Of a stretch of DNA of 64,000 nucleotides, positions 25,901-40,200 are shown one piece after another (position 1 is the stretch's first letter; the number at the start of each line of letters is the position of its first letter). Below the pieces are notes generated by a model that saw only the letters and a program-made list of their open reading frames with translations, did no database searches and had not been told where the DNA came from. The DNA lies in the NCBI RefSeq assembly GCF_964204645.1, contig NC_134025.1, forward strand, positions 21,551,101 to 21,615,100. The letters are read 5' to 3'. The position numbers and the translations under genes were made by a program. The stretch is from Tubulanus polymorphus (taxonomy: Eukaryota; Animalia; Nemertea).

Positions 25901-28900
25901 TTTCTTTATTGCATTTCTCTTTTTTTCTTTTCTCTTTTGAGGGACCTGTTTTATACAAACTATTCCTTAGTTTCTACAGGCCCCTCCAGGTCTAATTTAC
26001 TGTATTTTGTATTATGCTTTGTACACTATGCTGTAAATTATATTTGAAAAATAAAGTGTTCAAATCAAATCAAATCAAATTTATCATTTATCATTTATCA
26101 TTTATCATTTGTCATTTATCATTTATCATTTATCATTTATTATTTATTATTTATCATATATTATCTATCATATATTATTTATTATTTATTATTCATTGCT
26201 TATCATCTATCGTTTATCATTTATCAATTATAGCTTATTTACCATCTATTTGCGTGATATTTTACAAAGAGTACCCAGCCCATAACAGGACTTATAAGTT
26301 ACGGTAAATCCATAAAAAAGATAACAAAATGACAGTTTTTTTGTTTTAACATATAAGGTTCACATAAATTATAGAATAACATGCAGGTTATCTTGCCTGA
26401 ATTTCAACATTCTTTCGATGTATTTTCTAACAGGAATACACGTATTGTTACTTCTAATTTCAGTTATGTGGAATTCATTTCACAAATGTTTGATGAAAAA
26501 TTGGCCAGAGTTTTTTTTAAACATTTCTACATCGTTCTTATGTAGGTCAACGGTCCGCAATAGCTCAGAGTAGAAACGGTACATTTTTGCTCGAAGTAGA
26601 AGTCGGTCGTTTTAATGGAATACCTCTGGAACGGATACCTAGCAGACAATGCGATAGAAATGCCACCTTGTGTCAGATACTTCGAACTGAGGAATACGCT
26701 TCTATCTACCATCGGATTAAATATTAAATAATAATATTTATTTCGCCATGTACATATGCAGTATAAATGATATATAGATTATAAACAATTTACATACATA
26801 CGAGGCTGGATGCTTGGAAAGCCAATGGAGGCTGTGTCCCGCAGGGATCCAAGCACCCAGAAAAAAGATCAAAATTTAATGAAATTAGGTAGAATGAGGG
26901 TGAAATAGAAACGCGAAATGGGAGTAATCTGTCCGCTGTAGAAGTTTTAGATACATCAGTTTGATTCATTAACTTCAAAGAATTGTGCTTTAAATGACTT
27001 AAGACCAGAGACATATCTCTAACTGTCTATACAAAATTGAAAAATAAAAAACAATACAAACTTTTGGCTAATTATATCCAAGCAAGTGGAATATATAATG
27101 TGCTCTTATATGCCAAAATTAGCCAGTTGGATCAACTCAGTAACGCATTATCAAATTTTGTAACGAAAATATATTGTACATTCAAATTGCACAATAAAAA
27201 AAACATATATGTCGCACTGTCGCAAATTTGTGAAAAAACTAGCGATTGACACGGTAAGAACGTTGCCAAATTATCTAAATCATACTAAGTACAGGTGAAA
27301 TCACAAAAACCGTTAGCTAAGTGTACGTAGGCCTACGTATAGCTGGCTCGGCGTACCATTGTATAATGAATTAGATAATCGACAATTCTAGGGTGTGTAC
27401 GACGAAAGTCCGTCACGAATCAATCGAAAAAATATATATATACATATAATAAATGCAACATTTATTTCATGGCTCTGATTCGTGGGTCTGTCGTCAGTAG
27501 ACAAATCTCACGCAATCAGTTTATATAAGGCTTTTCATTTAGAAACATTAGATGTCATGTGAGAAACTCGACTTTCCTCCATACGTCGGTTGTAAGCCCG
27601 TTGTCCGTCATTCTCGCCACCAAGAGAAAAATCTAGATTTCCATTTCAATCTGTACCTATTAATCTATACCTATTATCGCAATTTTGAGGTGGGACTGCC
27701 TCAAAATGGCGCCTCGTAACTGGAAACCTCCCTACTCATGTCTGATTGAAGCTTGCTGTAATAAGTAGTCATTTGGAACTTTAAGGTTCCAGAGTTTCTG
27801 CAAAAATTATGTGATTATCTTTGTAAAAGCAGTACGTAGGCTCCTGTTGTGTCGTTGCCGATAAAAGGAATTTCAAACTGTTAAAGAGTTCGGTGAAATT
27901 TGGACAACTTCACGGGTGGTGGGGAGCGTCAGTTGATGATTTTATGATCTCAAAATAGGGATCAACCCTGTTACTTATTCGTTTGATTTGTTTTGATTTG
28001 GTGTCCCTTACAAACCCACCACACCTGCCGGGAGCGAAACAGGGGGTGTGATTTTGAAATCGGAAATCGAAGCGCAGATGTAGTTGTGCGTGATCGGCGA
28101 TCGAATTTACAGAAATTTTTATTCTTAGTTTATGATTAAGTATGATGGCGGATGAGAAGTCAGCATGATGGCAGTTAGAATGAATACTTTATTCTCTCAA
28201 AACACATACATCGAGTATCCATTCATTCATTCAGAAGTCAATAGATGGGAATCTTACACGGACAGAAAGTGACAAAATAGGAAAGAGAGATAGGGAGATG
28301 TTGGAGATGTATGGATATGTATAATATGTGAACAGATTGGAAATCGGCATATATAAAGTTAGTAGAGTGGACGTTGTAGATGAGGCAGAAAGATTACGGG
28401 AACTGATGGATACAGGGAAGATATATCAAAGGCAGGTACATCTCTTACCTCACATATCTTGTCTAACGAAGATACAAAGTAATCGTCGCAAACCAAAGCT
28501 AATGCGTAGAACATGTAGCACACTACACAAACATGGATGACCAGCGCGCCGTGAGACCTTTGACGATTCGTAAATAGATCTTTCGGAAATTCGTGATATG
28601 CTGCAAATAGAAAGAATTACATACACGTGAAAGTTTGATTTCTATCATTGCATCTATGCAGTTATATCGATATATCCAAGTTGAATGATAAGAGGCGCAT
28701 CCCCTAATAGGGCCCCAATTCAATGGAGGTACCCGCAACGCTACTGTGGCAAGCGAACTTCCACCATTTTCCGCCAGGTTCGCTAGTGTACAGTACGACG
28801 TCAACTACTGGAAACGGCTAAAACACTAAAAAATACGGTGAACCAATAAATTCTGAAGATGAAGTAACAAGATATAAGCTTGTAGAATTTCTGTGAAAAA

Positions 28901-31900
28901 TCATTTTATTCAATGTTTGCATTTTTCATTCGCAAAGCATTGTATTTTCCATGCTTTTTGTTGCATCTAACTTTGTTGACGTACATGTTGAAAGCGATCG
29001 AATCTTTTTGGACCTCATTAATACCGTATTTCTCAGTCGGGAGAATAAAGCTATATGAACTAAAAATAATTTCTCAAATTCTATCGAAGATGCACGATGT
29101 ACGAAAATCGTGCCACATATAAACTCTAAAGATTAATCAGTGTTCGGTTCATTTAGACGCGTGTTTTGCCTAATCTTTGGATTGGAAATTCGAAAATTGA
29201 GGTCAAAGTTACTTGAAGAAAATGAACTCATTTTGATCGAGTTCTTCTAAGTGGTACCTTCCGATGAAATGGTGCATCGGTACCCCGTTATGTCCCCGAT
29301 ATTCACCAGACTTAGTCCGTCGCAAATCGTCTCAGCGGGTTCGATTTTTTTTTTATTCATACGTCGCAGTCGGAAAATAAGTGCAATATTTTCCGATAAC
29401 CGCTAACAAATTCATAAACCGCTTATTGCGTGTATATAGCGTATACGTAATATAAACACCACGAGTGACGACGAATATTTTAGCTGAAATAATTTTTTTC
29501 TCCATCTACGCGCTTTATCCAACGGCACCCGTTATAGCGACTATACGATGGATTAGAGAATAATAGCGAAAAAAATGTTATGAAAACAGTCAACGCGCTG
29601 ATTGCGACAAGACCTTACGCGTCAAAAGTGTAGGTCTGAATCAATATCAATCTGCAACTAATCGGCATTTTTGCTCGTGACACGGCGAACACCATAGCGC
29701 GCTGGTTTATTTTCATTAACGATGACACATGTCGGAGTTTTGCTTCAGCTCTCGCGAAAGAGCATGTACGCTGGGTTGCCTTCCAGAACATCTATGTATA
29801 CGCGGCCGGTTTTAAACATGATTCGACGTCGAAATGAATTCATGTCGTCATATGATGTACGAGGGCGGATGCAGGGTCAAAGGAAAGGGGGTGTCCAGAA
29901 ATTTAGGGCCTTTTTCTACGCTTCGCCGCAGTTCACATGTACAATGATTTCTAGATCTTCTAGAATTGGTAAAACAGCTAATTTCCGCTAGAATTTTCGT
30001 ATTTTTTCAGTCGTTCGATCATAACCTCTCTTTTGATCGGAAAATATTTAGTCCAGAATATTTGAAGATGGAAATGGAATTTCTAGGGACCTCAACATTT
30101 ATGGGAAGGTGTCCGGACCCCATGGACATCCCCTGGATCCGGTACTGATGACGTGTGCTCTCATCCTGATATGGGTAAGTATGCATATCTATATATGTGA
30201 AAAGAAATAGGAATCATAAACGGTTTATCCGCCTTCAGTCGCTCTAATTGCTAAATCGTCACGCGTAACGCTGTAATTCGGTAGATTTCAATGAATTGAA
30301 CTGAATGTGAACCTGTGTCAAAATAAGAAACACATTGGGAATTGTTACCATGGTAACTCGACTAAGCAAACGACTACACTAGAGGAGAATTTGAAACACG
30401 AATCCGCGATTCCGACGATAATGCGACATTAATTTCTCCCACACACTCGGTATCGGTATTTCCCAATCAAAATACCAGGCGATAACAATATTTATCACGA
30501 CAAAAAAGAGTGTTATGTCGTTGTCGTTTTACGCGGATGTAATAGATTCAGATTTTCGAGGTGGGACAAATCGGAAATCGAATTCTAGCCTATTTATTTA
30601 GGAAATTGTAGAATCGAACAAGCCATTGTATTCGAAAGATCCAGCCGCGTAAAATGGGTAACCGCATTTTCTGGCTCCCTCGCGAAAAGGTATACCTGCA
30701 ATCTCGTCGATCGAACATCAATAGCTTTACGGGTCGCGATAAAATCTCTCGGTAACAAAAATATGTGATTAAGATCCGCGCAACGAAAGCGTTAACGCTC
30801 TATACGATGCGTGGGCGATAGCTCAGCATCGCTCTAGCGATCTCTTGAGAAATGAAAAATAACTAGTTTTGCTCGTAGATTTTTTCATGTGACGAAATAA
30901 CGCTTTCCTTTATGAAACATAGATATCTAGCGCAAGAAGTGATCTACTAGGATGAAATTCTAGAGGAATAGCAAAGTACTGTAGAGCAAATTTCATGTAG
31001 TCTTATATATGTTCGGAGTGTTATTAAGATAACAACCTAACATACATGGTTATTCATCGATAAATAGTCTGGATTCCACACAAAATAATACTGCACATAA
31101 TATTTTATGAAATTTTCAAATTGCCCCTTTTTTAAGATGGCCACCATTTTGAAAAATGGTGGTCATCTTGGTGGGCACCCCGATGAGTTGGCACCACCCC
31201 TTCTAAATATTGAAGCCATTTATGTATCCGTCAAACCCTGAAAGTTTTATGAAATCCTCATAATATGCAGTATTATTGTGAAAGTTGGTATCTAGGAGGC
31301 CAGACTTTAAATGTAACCTTACAAAACAGTGTTCTTGAAATGGTATCGTTTGGTGGAATATTTCAATAGATAACACAAGCTTCCCCCTCGAAATTGTGAA
31401 ATATAAGGCAAAAACATTAAAAATTCATATAGTCTCCATATGAATTCTGATTGCAATTATTTCTGAAAGCATAACACGGGTGAAATGACAGGGGACAATC
31501 TATTCATCAAAAATCAATCAATGCTAATCAATTGACGTTATGTCAAAAATCGAATTCAATTAACATCGGCAATCGGTGATTAGTTTGAACTTAGTCACTC
31601 AGCATCGATTGATCCTGTCGCATTGATTTACTGTACCCGGGACTTTCAGTGTGTGTGTGGGTGAGGGAGGGAGGCCGCTACAGAAAACGATCAGAATTTT
31701 ATGCCGAGCAATGCGTTACATCGCAGCAAGCTGCTCTGATTTAACATCGTTGATTCAGACTCGGCACGAAGTTGTTGAAAACCTACCGAATGCGCAGCCA
31801 TTTCGAGCCGCCGAGATTACCACAGAAACTGATTGTAATGTCCCTATAGACGGCGGTCTGTCAGATGCGGTACTGCTTGTGCATTGAGACCCGATGGTAC

Positions 31901-34900
31901 TGTCAAATCATATTCAATCATTATATTTCACATTTCCGATCGGCTGGTAGTGAGACGCTGATCAAAATGACATCCATCGATACTCTAGCATATTAGATGG
32001 TATATACGAACTGTTTCATATGCGTCAGGTTATTAAAATCTAAATGGCCAACACGCCGCGGGTCAATCAACTTAGGGAACTTCATCAACATCAACATCTT
32101 CATCAACATCAACATCTACTAGAGATAAAACTACACTAAACTATCGGACTGTTTACACGTGGAAAACTACCAAAGAAATATAAAAATGGACAAAATTATC
32201 TTCAACCTTATAATATGGACCAATATCTCGATGTACTAAATTAGGCAGCCAGCAAGTTTAACCCCAATCAGTCGGTTCAGGCTGGTTGGAAGATCGTTTG
32301 AATGAACCGGAACCGTTATTTCCAATTATGTACTTCAATTCAAACAAAAAATTCTGTAAATTCGACCGCCGATCACACAACCATATCTGTAGGCTACTTC
32401 GATTTCCGATTTCAAAATCGAACCGCCAGTTTCGCTCCCAGCAGGTGTGGTGGGTTTGTAAGGGACACCGGATCAAAACAAATCAAACGAAATTCATACC
32501 AATTAAATGAATAACAGAGCCAATCCCTATCATAAGATTTGAAAAAAATCTAAATTGCCACATTCTTTACTTGTCTGCAAACGATGGCATTAATCTTTAA
32601 GATTGAGACACTGTTTTACATATTTCAGGAGTATACGGGTACCCTTAGAAACACCCGTTCTGCCAATTGACATCCCTGCGCTTGCAAATTTGCATCTGAC
32701 TTCAAACATCATTTCAATAGAATTTTGAACTGGGTCTTAAGTTGATGCTTAACAAGGCACCGTTTCTCGTGTATCCCTGAAATTTCTTCATATTTTCCGC
32801 TTCTCTGCTTCACGCAGAAAAGGAAGTTTAGAAAAATCTATTAACATGGTATAGGAACAAACAATATAGTTACTGTCCTTCGAAGTACAGTCTCATATCG
32901 GTGCTTAGCCGGGGGAAAAGGATTACCCATTCGGCCTCGAGTATGGTGGCTGATAATGGCCAAATGCAATAATTTTTACACGACCTCGATAATAGAAAAT
33001 GCAAAACGAAATTGATAGAGCAAAAACGAACTTTTCGTTTTTGCGCCCTAGTAAAAACGAATTTTACCTCGCAAAAACGAAATATCATAGAGCAAAAACG
33101 AAAATATTTGTTTTTGCTCTATCATTTTTCGTTTTTGCTCCATAATATTCGTTTTTGCGCCCTAGCAACTCGAGCCTCCGAGGACTAGCGTACTCAATAA
33201 ATATATCGTAGATCGTAATAATGAAAATGAATAACCGACCATTAATCAATCAATGTTGACGGTCTAAATACACTGTCTATATATCGTAGTCTAGATCGGG
33301 GATGAAATCAAAGTAGTAGAGTGATATAGAAATTGATCGAGCAGAGATAACGGTCGGTCAACTTCCGCGAGACTGGACGATGATCAGACTACGACCGAAG
33401 ATGGTGGACAGGAAACTACTGAATCAGTGATTGATGAGGCATCTGATGTTTTATGCATCGCAACACGTCCTGCATCTCACACATACCATGTCATTAATAC
33501 CAGTTACCGAGGCGTTTTTTACTGTGTTATTTGCCGTTCTTCGAGTTGAACCCATTAGCGACAAAGCAATAGTGATCCTTCCCCTTGACGTCAATAGCAC
33601 AATGACGACCAAAGAAAGTTGTCGAGACACGTGTAAGCATCGTTAGCTCGGTTTGTTACATATGTTAGGTTTTTTCGGAACTCTCTGCTGCTACCAGAAT
33701 AACAGATTTATATCATACTGACATTCAGTCTGCATACTATTCTAGGAGTAAGATGGCCGTTCAGGCCGTTCTAGTTTTCTATTCGTATCCTAAATCCACT
33801 GAGCGCCACCAAGGGCATTATTAGCAGGTTCAATGTTTCTTTTTTCAAATTTAGCAGAGATGAGAGAAGAACTCTGATTCGAACCCATGAACCCTGGGAT
33901 GGACGAGACCAATGACCGGCGGCGCTCCTCGCTAGTGGCTTTGAATATATCGAGCATTCTAAATAGAGCATATTCTTCCCGCACTTTATATAAGCCGTTG
34001 ACAAAAAAACATCATGTCTGATGTCGTCGATTGGACGAGAAACGAGTATATTGATAGTCGACCTCTGGCTGGTGCAGATATTACGAGATAAGCTACCGCG
34101 CATAAACCGCCGAGCGAATGCCTGATCCCCCGCACTTCTTTGCAAAGGCAATCGACTGAGTGAAATGCTAGAGAGAGATTACCCGATCTTTGATCCGCCG
34201 TGCTAAGCCCTCTCGATATTAGATATAGCGGCAGTAGCGAGCCGTTTTGATTAATAGAAACTTTCTATTTCCCTCATAAACCATCGCGGTATCTAAAGCG
34301 TGCTTCACGCGATTCCGCAATCACAAAACGTATCCGATGCAAAATGAGGATCTATATCGCGTTTGGCTGAGTGGTTTATCAAACCTGATAAATCGATTTA
34401 CAGTACTGGTCAGTCGAACTTGTAGCGATTGCTCCCAAGTGTAACGAATATCCATATTAGAACTAGAGCGTAATTGCTCCGTCGAGAAATTGAGGTGCCT
34501 TGTCGAGATTGTATGTATGGGCTGTCAAGATCTCAGATAATATGATGATTGCATCATGCATAAAGCTGAGGCATGTCCGTACACATATTGTATTTACACA
34601 ATTTGTGTATTAGGCCTCTAATAAGAACCGCTAGTATGGGCGATAAGTGTGCATATTCTTGATTTACTTTGCTGTTATAGGGATATGTAGTACCATCGTT
34701 CAGTACATTGTCTTTAGGTAGGTATATCGTTAAGAGAAAGATAACGACTTTCCAACATTGCCTCTGTATGTCTCGACTTATCTATATAAAAGTAAAAATA
34801 TACAGTAGACTCCGCCCAAGTCGGATCCGATCTGGATGTTTTTTTTTAAATATTTTTGTGACACTCTATCCGAAATACGTAACATGCAACTCGGATATCA

Positions 34901-37240
34901 CTAAAGTCGGAAACATTTTTACATTCCCAAAAGATCCGACTTTGAGCGAAGTCTACTGCATAAACTGGGATAATGCTACTTCGCGTCCTAAAAACAAATA
35001 ATCTTAGATGTTGAATCCCCGTTTGCATCAATAGCTTGCAAAAAGCAGACTCGTTGTTTAAGACGATAAACTTTTAGCTAATCGCTATGTGAAATGTGCA
35101 AGACGACGCAGTGGCAAGCGGGTGAGTTACTTCCAGAGCATTCAATCACACGCAATGATTTGATTCGTGCTAGAATTTGGCATGGTCCTTGTCCGACGTT
35201 TTGGTCGGGCCAAATATGGTGCTCGGAACTTGGCACCAGTGCAAACGATTGGCCAGAAACTCTCCTAGTGATCGCGGCTGTAGGTATTAGAGTTACATTC
35301 AGTAATTATTTCCTTTTCAACGTCATCTTTAATCCTTAATACATGTGAAATATATGTAACAAAATATGACAATGCGACAACAATTCAAATTCTTGGACGA
35401 ATTTCGGTAATAGTATAAATAGTATACATTTAGAATATAAAATATTGAATACAGAATACGTATATGCGTGGTTTTTTATCAAAGAACAGAAAATCAAAGA
35501 ATATTGATAATTAACGACGTGTTAGCAGCAACTGCAGACGCGTCGAATTACTCGTCATATTTTGACGCGTCGAAATACATGTCATCAACGGGAAAATTAG
35601 CATTTGTTGCGTCAAAATAAAGTATCATATGAAGATTTTCGAGGCGGTTTTATATATGCGCATAATAGGATTAAGTGTATCCGTACACGTTCATGTCATG
35701 ACTTTGTGTCCCATAACAAAATACACGTAACGCAATACCAAGACGCGTATTCGGGAGCCTCTGCTGCTGCTGCTGGTGGTTATGGTTAAATTGCAGCGAA
35801 AGGAACCAGCTATTAGATTGCCTTCACAGTAAAACAAGTCGAGTAATTGCATGTGCCGACCATAATGAAATTACACTGGTCGCTGGCAGCTGCCGGCGTT
35901 CCTTATATTAATCGAAAAAAACAGATTCACCGAAAGCCGGCCGAAAGTATAATATTAACCAGGGGCGGATCCATGGGAGGGGGTTAAGGGGTCTCGACCC
36001 CACTGCTCCGTGTTCGAACGTTCGGCATGACACTCAGTGTAGCCTACATGCAGATATGTGAACATGAGAATGAATGTGCATTTTCACTCATTAATCATTC
36101 TTAAAAGTTTGATCGTCAAATTTCAGGACAATGCATTTTTCATTGATAGTGAAACATTTCAAAAAATATCTCGAAAACACTACCCTTGACCCCCATTCCA
36201 CCACCCCCACCCTCGTTGCTCAAATTTCTGGATCCACCCCTGTGTATTTTGGCTTATTCCAAGCTTAGGCATTCTAAGTGTTCAAGAGTGGCAAATGGCG
36301 CCCACCACGACGGCTTTTATATATGGATATAAGCAATTGGTACATCCGGAAGCAGTGTCGATTTAATCATTACCTCCGTGACGTCAGATGCTATAATCGT
36401 TTGTTTTTAACGACCGAGCCATACCGATGGATTATATTTTTTTTTTCAGCGAAGTCATTTTCGAGACATGAGGGGAATTGATAGATTTTTCAATTAGTGG
36501 ATATGAATAAGCTTAGATAACGGCGCTATTAATCCAAAGTTTCTACATCGTTGTGTATCCCGCGGTATGCGCAAGATTACAAGATCCGGTCAATACCAGA
36601 CGATACTAACTGCACGCAACCCATGTATATAGTCATATCTGCAAACAACATTTTCTTCATAAATTATTCCGGTTGTTGATGCTGTTGGGTCATCTTGGTT
36701 ACAGATAAGAAATGACACGAAAAGCCGTATTCTAAGGAGTTACGGCTACAGGTCCCACCAACGTCAGGCTATCATATCATACCCAGGCTATTGATGTTAT
36801 CCATCAATGGTTGAAAATAATTTGTTACGATATAACCGCTCTCGCCTTGACGTACAGTCAACAGGTCGCGATATGGCGTCACCACCCTATAAAGCATTGA
36901 GATTATTGTAAGATTGTGGGTACTGGTGCACCACCTAGAATCTTTTGTTATGTAGTTCTTTGTCTTCCTTCTTGTACGTAGTGCCCGTCGCTGAATAAAG
37001 CGGTATTGTTCAGTAACGCTGCTCTTTTGTTAAGTTACTTCGTGGGTTCACAGAAATCTTCTGGCCCATTTTTGTCTAACCAAACTGAGGATTGCCCGGA
37101 TCTTTACGATGAATTCATATCGAAAGCGTTCAGAATGTCACGGCTATTGAGATGAAATCCGGGGATGAAATCTCCCATGTAGGTGTACTTGATAAGGCAG
37201 CCAAAAACGACAGTGAGTTTGCTTCGTTGTAACTGCTCGA

Positions 37241-37276
<36 letters not shown>

Positions 37277-40200
37277 CGATGTTTTTTCTCTTAATTACGT
37301 TAGCAGATTAGAGCGCCAGCGAGGCAACAAACTCAATAATTCAAGATAAAGTTTATTTACCGGTCAGAAATTCGTACTGGTGATCGGAAATCAATTCTAT
37401 CGATATATACGGCCCGCGCGTCACCGCGCTGTGCTATGGAAGCTGTACTGAGCCGATTCATCTGTATTACGGTCGGATACGGGAAAATTTGATTATTGTA
37501 GCCGCGCAGAAATAAGTCAATTGTTTTGGGGCGAAGCCGCATATGTCTCTTCAGATCGGGTCAATACAATTTCCGTTTCGAGTAGGCGTATACCGGGAAT
37601 AAAAGAAAAATAAAAATCTCCCTAAGAATGGAAATTGCGGCAAAGAGCGCGGAATTCCATTCAGATATTTCATCTCATGGCGCACGCGGGCCTGGCTATT
37701 TCTGGCGGATTTTCATAAAAGCACTGCCGGCACGTATCGAATAGATTGCTCTCCTTCACATGAACAGAGGCTAATCTGATTAATCGCGATTTCGTGGCCA
37801 CTTAAGAATCTTGTCGTCGTCCATTATACCAACTACGGCGTCTTAGTACTACGTTAGTTCATTATGTTTATCATATTTGTGATGTGATTTGCTTGTGCGT
37901 TTGTGCGTGTGTGCGTGTGGTGTGATTGTTATTCTGGCCGTTCATTCGAGTCTCTGATTTCCACCGTCCAATATTTAGCGGTAAACAAACACGAAGAACG
38001 CCGTCCACCAGCCATCCGCCAGCCTCCTTAGCGATGCGAGGCCACTTGCTCAAAAGTTAGTTAGAGTTAACCAGTGGATAGTTGACATAGTGGCAATCAA
38101 ACGTTTATTGTTAACTGCGGTTTATCCACTGGTTATCTCTAACCAACTTTTGAGCTACTGGTGGAAATTTGTATACAAAAATAGCAGAACTCGGGATCAT
38201 GCGAAGGGGAGAAGGGGTGCTCGCGACCAACGTATACGCCCAACGCGAAACGGGAAAGCCGTCGGTTGGACGGGTAATCAGCTAGTGGTGGATAAATTGG
38301 ATTACTGATTCGACAATGAAATAAACACCCAGTATAAGTTACAACGATAACGACGGAGAGTTCGCCTCAGTTTCACCTATACGACTCGGCAATTTCTTCA
38401 TTTGTACCCTTTATTAGTTGGACTGCAAATGACACGTAGCGCGTTGATATAAATATCGTAACGAGCGTCAAGAAATCGAGCACCTGCTGCTGGCACTAGA
38501 TACGATGATCAGTATACGTTCGACAACGCAATCCAATACGCCTTTGAACGCAATCCAATACGCCTTTGATGATGCGTCCAATTTTCTAAGCGTGCTCGTT
38601 CCTAACCGAAGAAGCCCAGACGAAGTTATAGGAAACGGGGAGAGGATAACGACGGGAAAACATTGTTTACCACGTAATTCGTAATGTCGTTTCAGGGCTT
38701 CCATAGTTAACATCACCGAAGGCAAAATAAATGTGACTATTCGGACGTAAATCTTTCACAAAATGTAGCATTATCATCAATAAGGTCCCGGCGACGCTAC
38801 TGCAGCAGATGAAGATTAGATTTCACTCGAGGCAAGCTGGAATCACCCATGGACGCCAGTGTGCTGTATATATGATGTCAATGTTGGTCAAATGAAAATC
38901 AAATTATCTTGATCGAATGCCGACTGTCATCCCATGGACGAATTGCCGAGAATGGCCATCGTGGGCAATTCCTAAATGTTTCGATTTACCCTATATACGA
39001 TCTTTCTGGTCAATGTATCACGCCCTGCAAGCTAAGAGTAACTTAAAAATTTACAATTGACAGGTTCCCTAACCCTAATTGAAACTATGGGCATACATTC
39101 CTATATTAACATCAATGTCTTGTCGATTGTGTTGAGTTTCGAATTCATTGATTTTTATGGTCCTCAGGAGGCTTTAGATAGCGCAAAAACTTAGAAGAAT
39201 TTCCATATTATATTGGTACATATAGACTCCGTTCGAGGCATTTGGTTATTCCCATAAATATCCATACAGTATATTTTAAGAACAGTGAAATTATTCAGAA
39301 TTATCAAAGACCATTGTTGCATAAGATTAAGTTAAACCTATTCTTTGTTTGATATTTTACAGCACGATCGTTCCGTTGCAATCGAAGCAGCAAGAACATC
39401 AATAACTCATTGAAAAATGGTTGTTCGACATAATACGACAAGACAATGTTTACAATGTCGTTATTGTTTTAACGTTAAAAATCCGTATATAGAACGGCGG
39501 TCCGAGTGCATTATATACCCGGTACGTCAGTCGGTGACATTCTCATGACAATAACCCTGCAGCCTTTACGCGGAACGGATAATGTGATAATCTAAATCAG
39601 ACTCGTTGTTTCTGAAAACGGAATATCCGCCCACAGTGAGTCTAACATTCTACCGCGCACTGTCTCTATCGTTATTATCACTTTGCGAAGAATGTCAGGG
39701 GTTATCTAAATCAGGTACAAAGAAGAACGAAGTTGAGGAGCTTAACTTAACAAAACCGTATTATAAACACTATACACTGTATAGTCTCCTGGCTGTTTTT
39801 GCCATTTTCAGAGACGTAAATTGACAACGGTATAGCGGTAACAGTGAGTCTATAGCATTGTGCCACGTGAAAAAAGGGATACAAACTTCATTTATTATGT
39901 ATTTTCTATAATAAGCTTATACCGATCAAAGAATTGAACGACCTGTTTTTCACGTAGAGAATATTAAGACGCGGAGAATGTGTTCATTAGATTCGCCTTA
40001 TACATTTGGTGCGGAAATATTGGTGATTGATGGTGACTGAGGAAAGAACAACTATTTCCGTCACTTTGCGTGGATGGAAATCTATAGATTACTTATATCT
40101 CGGTGAAACAGTCAATTCAATTATAAAACATTTTGGAAGCATCAAATTTCCATTCTGAAATAATATGATTTTAAAGAATATTTCATTTTACAACATCGTG

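Larger units (their letters stand above)
21255..26081 (+). mobile_element. Near full-length non-LTR retrotransposon (CR1/L2 group, Crack/Daphne-like), disabled, antisense in NCKX intron 3
   Basis: ORF1 + ORF2 architecture; 3' UTR hairpin gagggacctgt...acaggcccctc (~25939-25986); AATAAA then (CAAAT)n tail at ~26050-26081. Confidence 0.93.

Noticed and set aside
28733-28807. In-frame 75-nt phase 1-1 cassette exon candidate
   Set aside because: It would split the conserved CTPP-AYHEFP junction and has no NCKX similarity; probably chance
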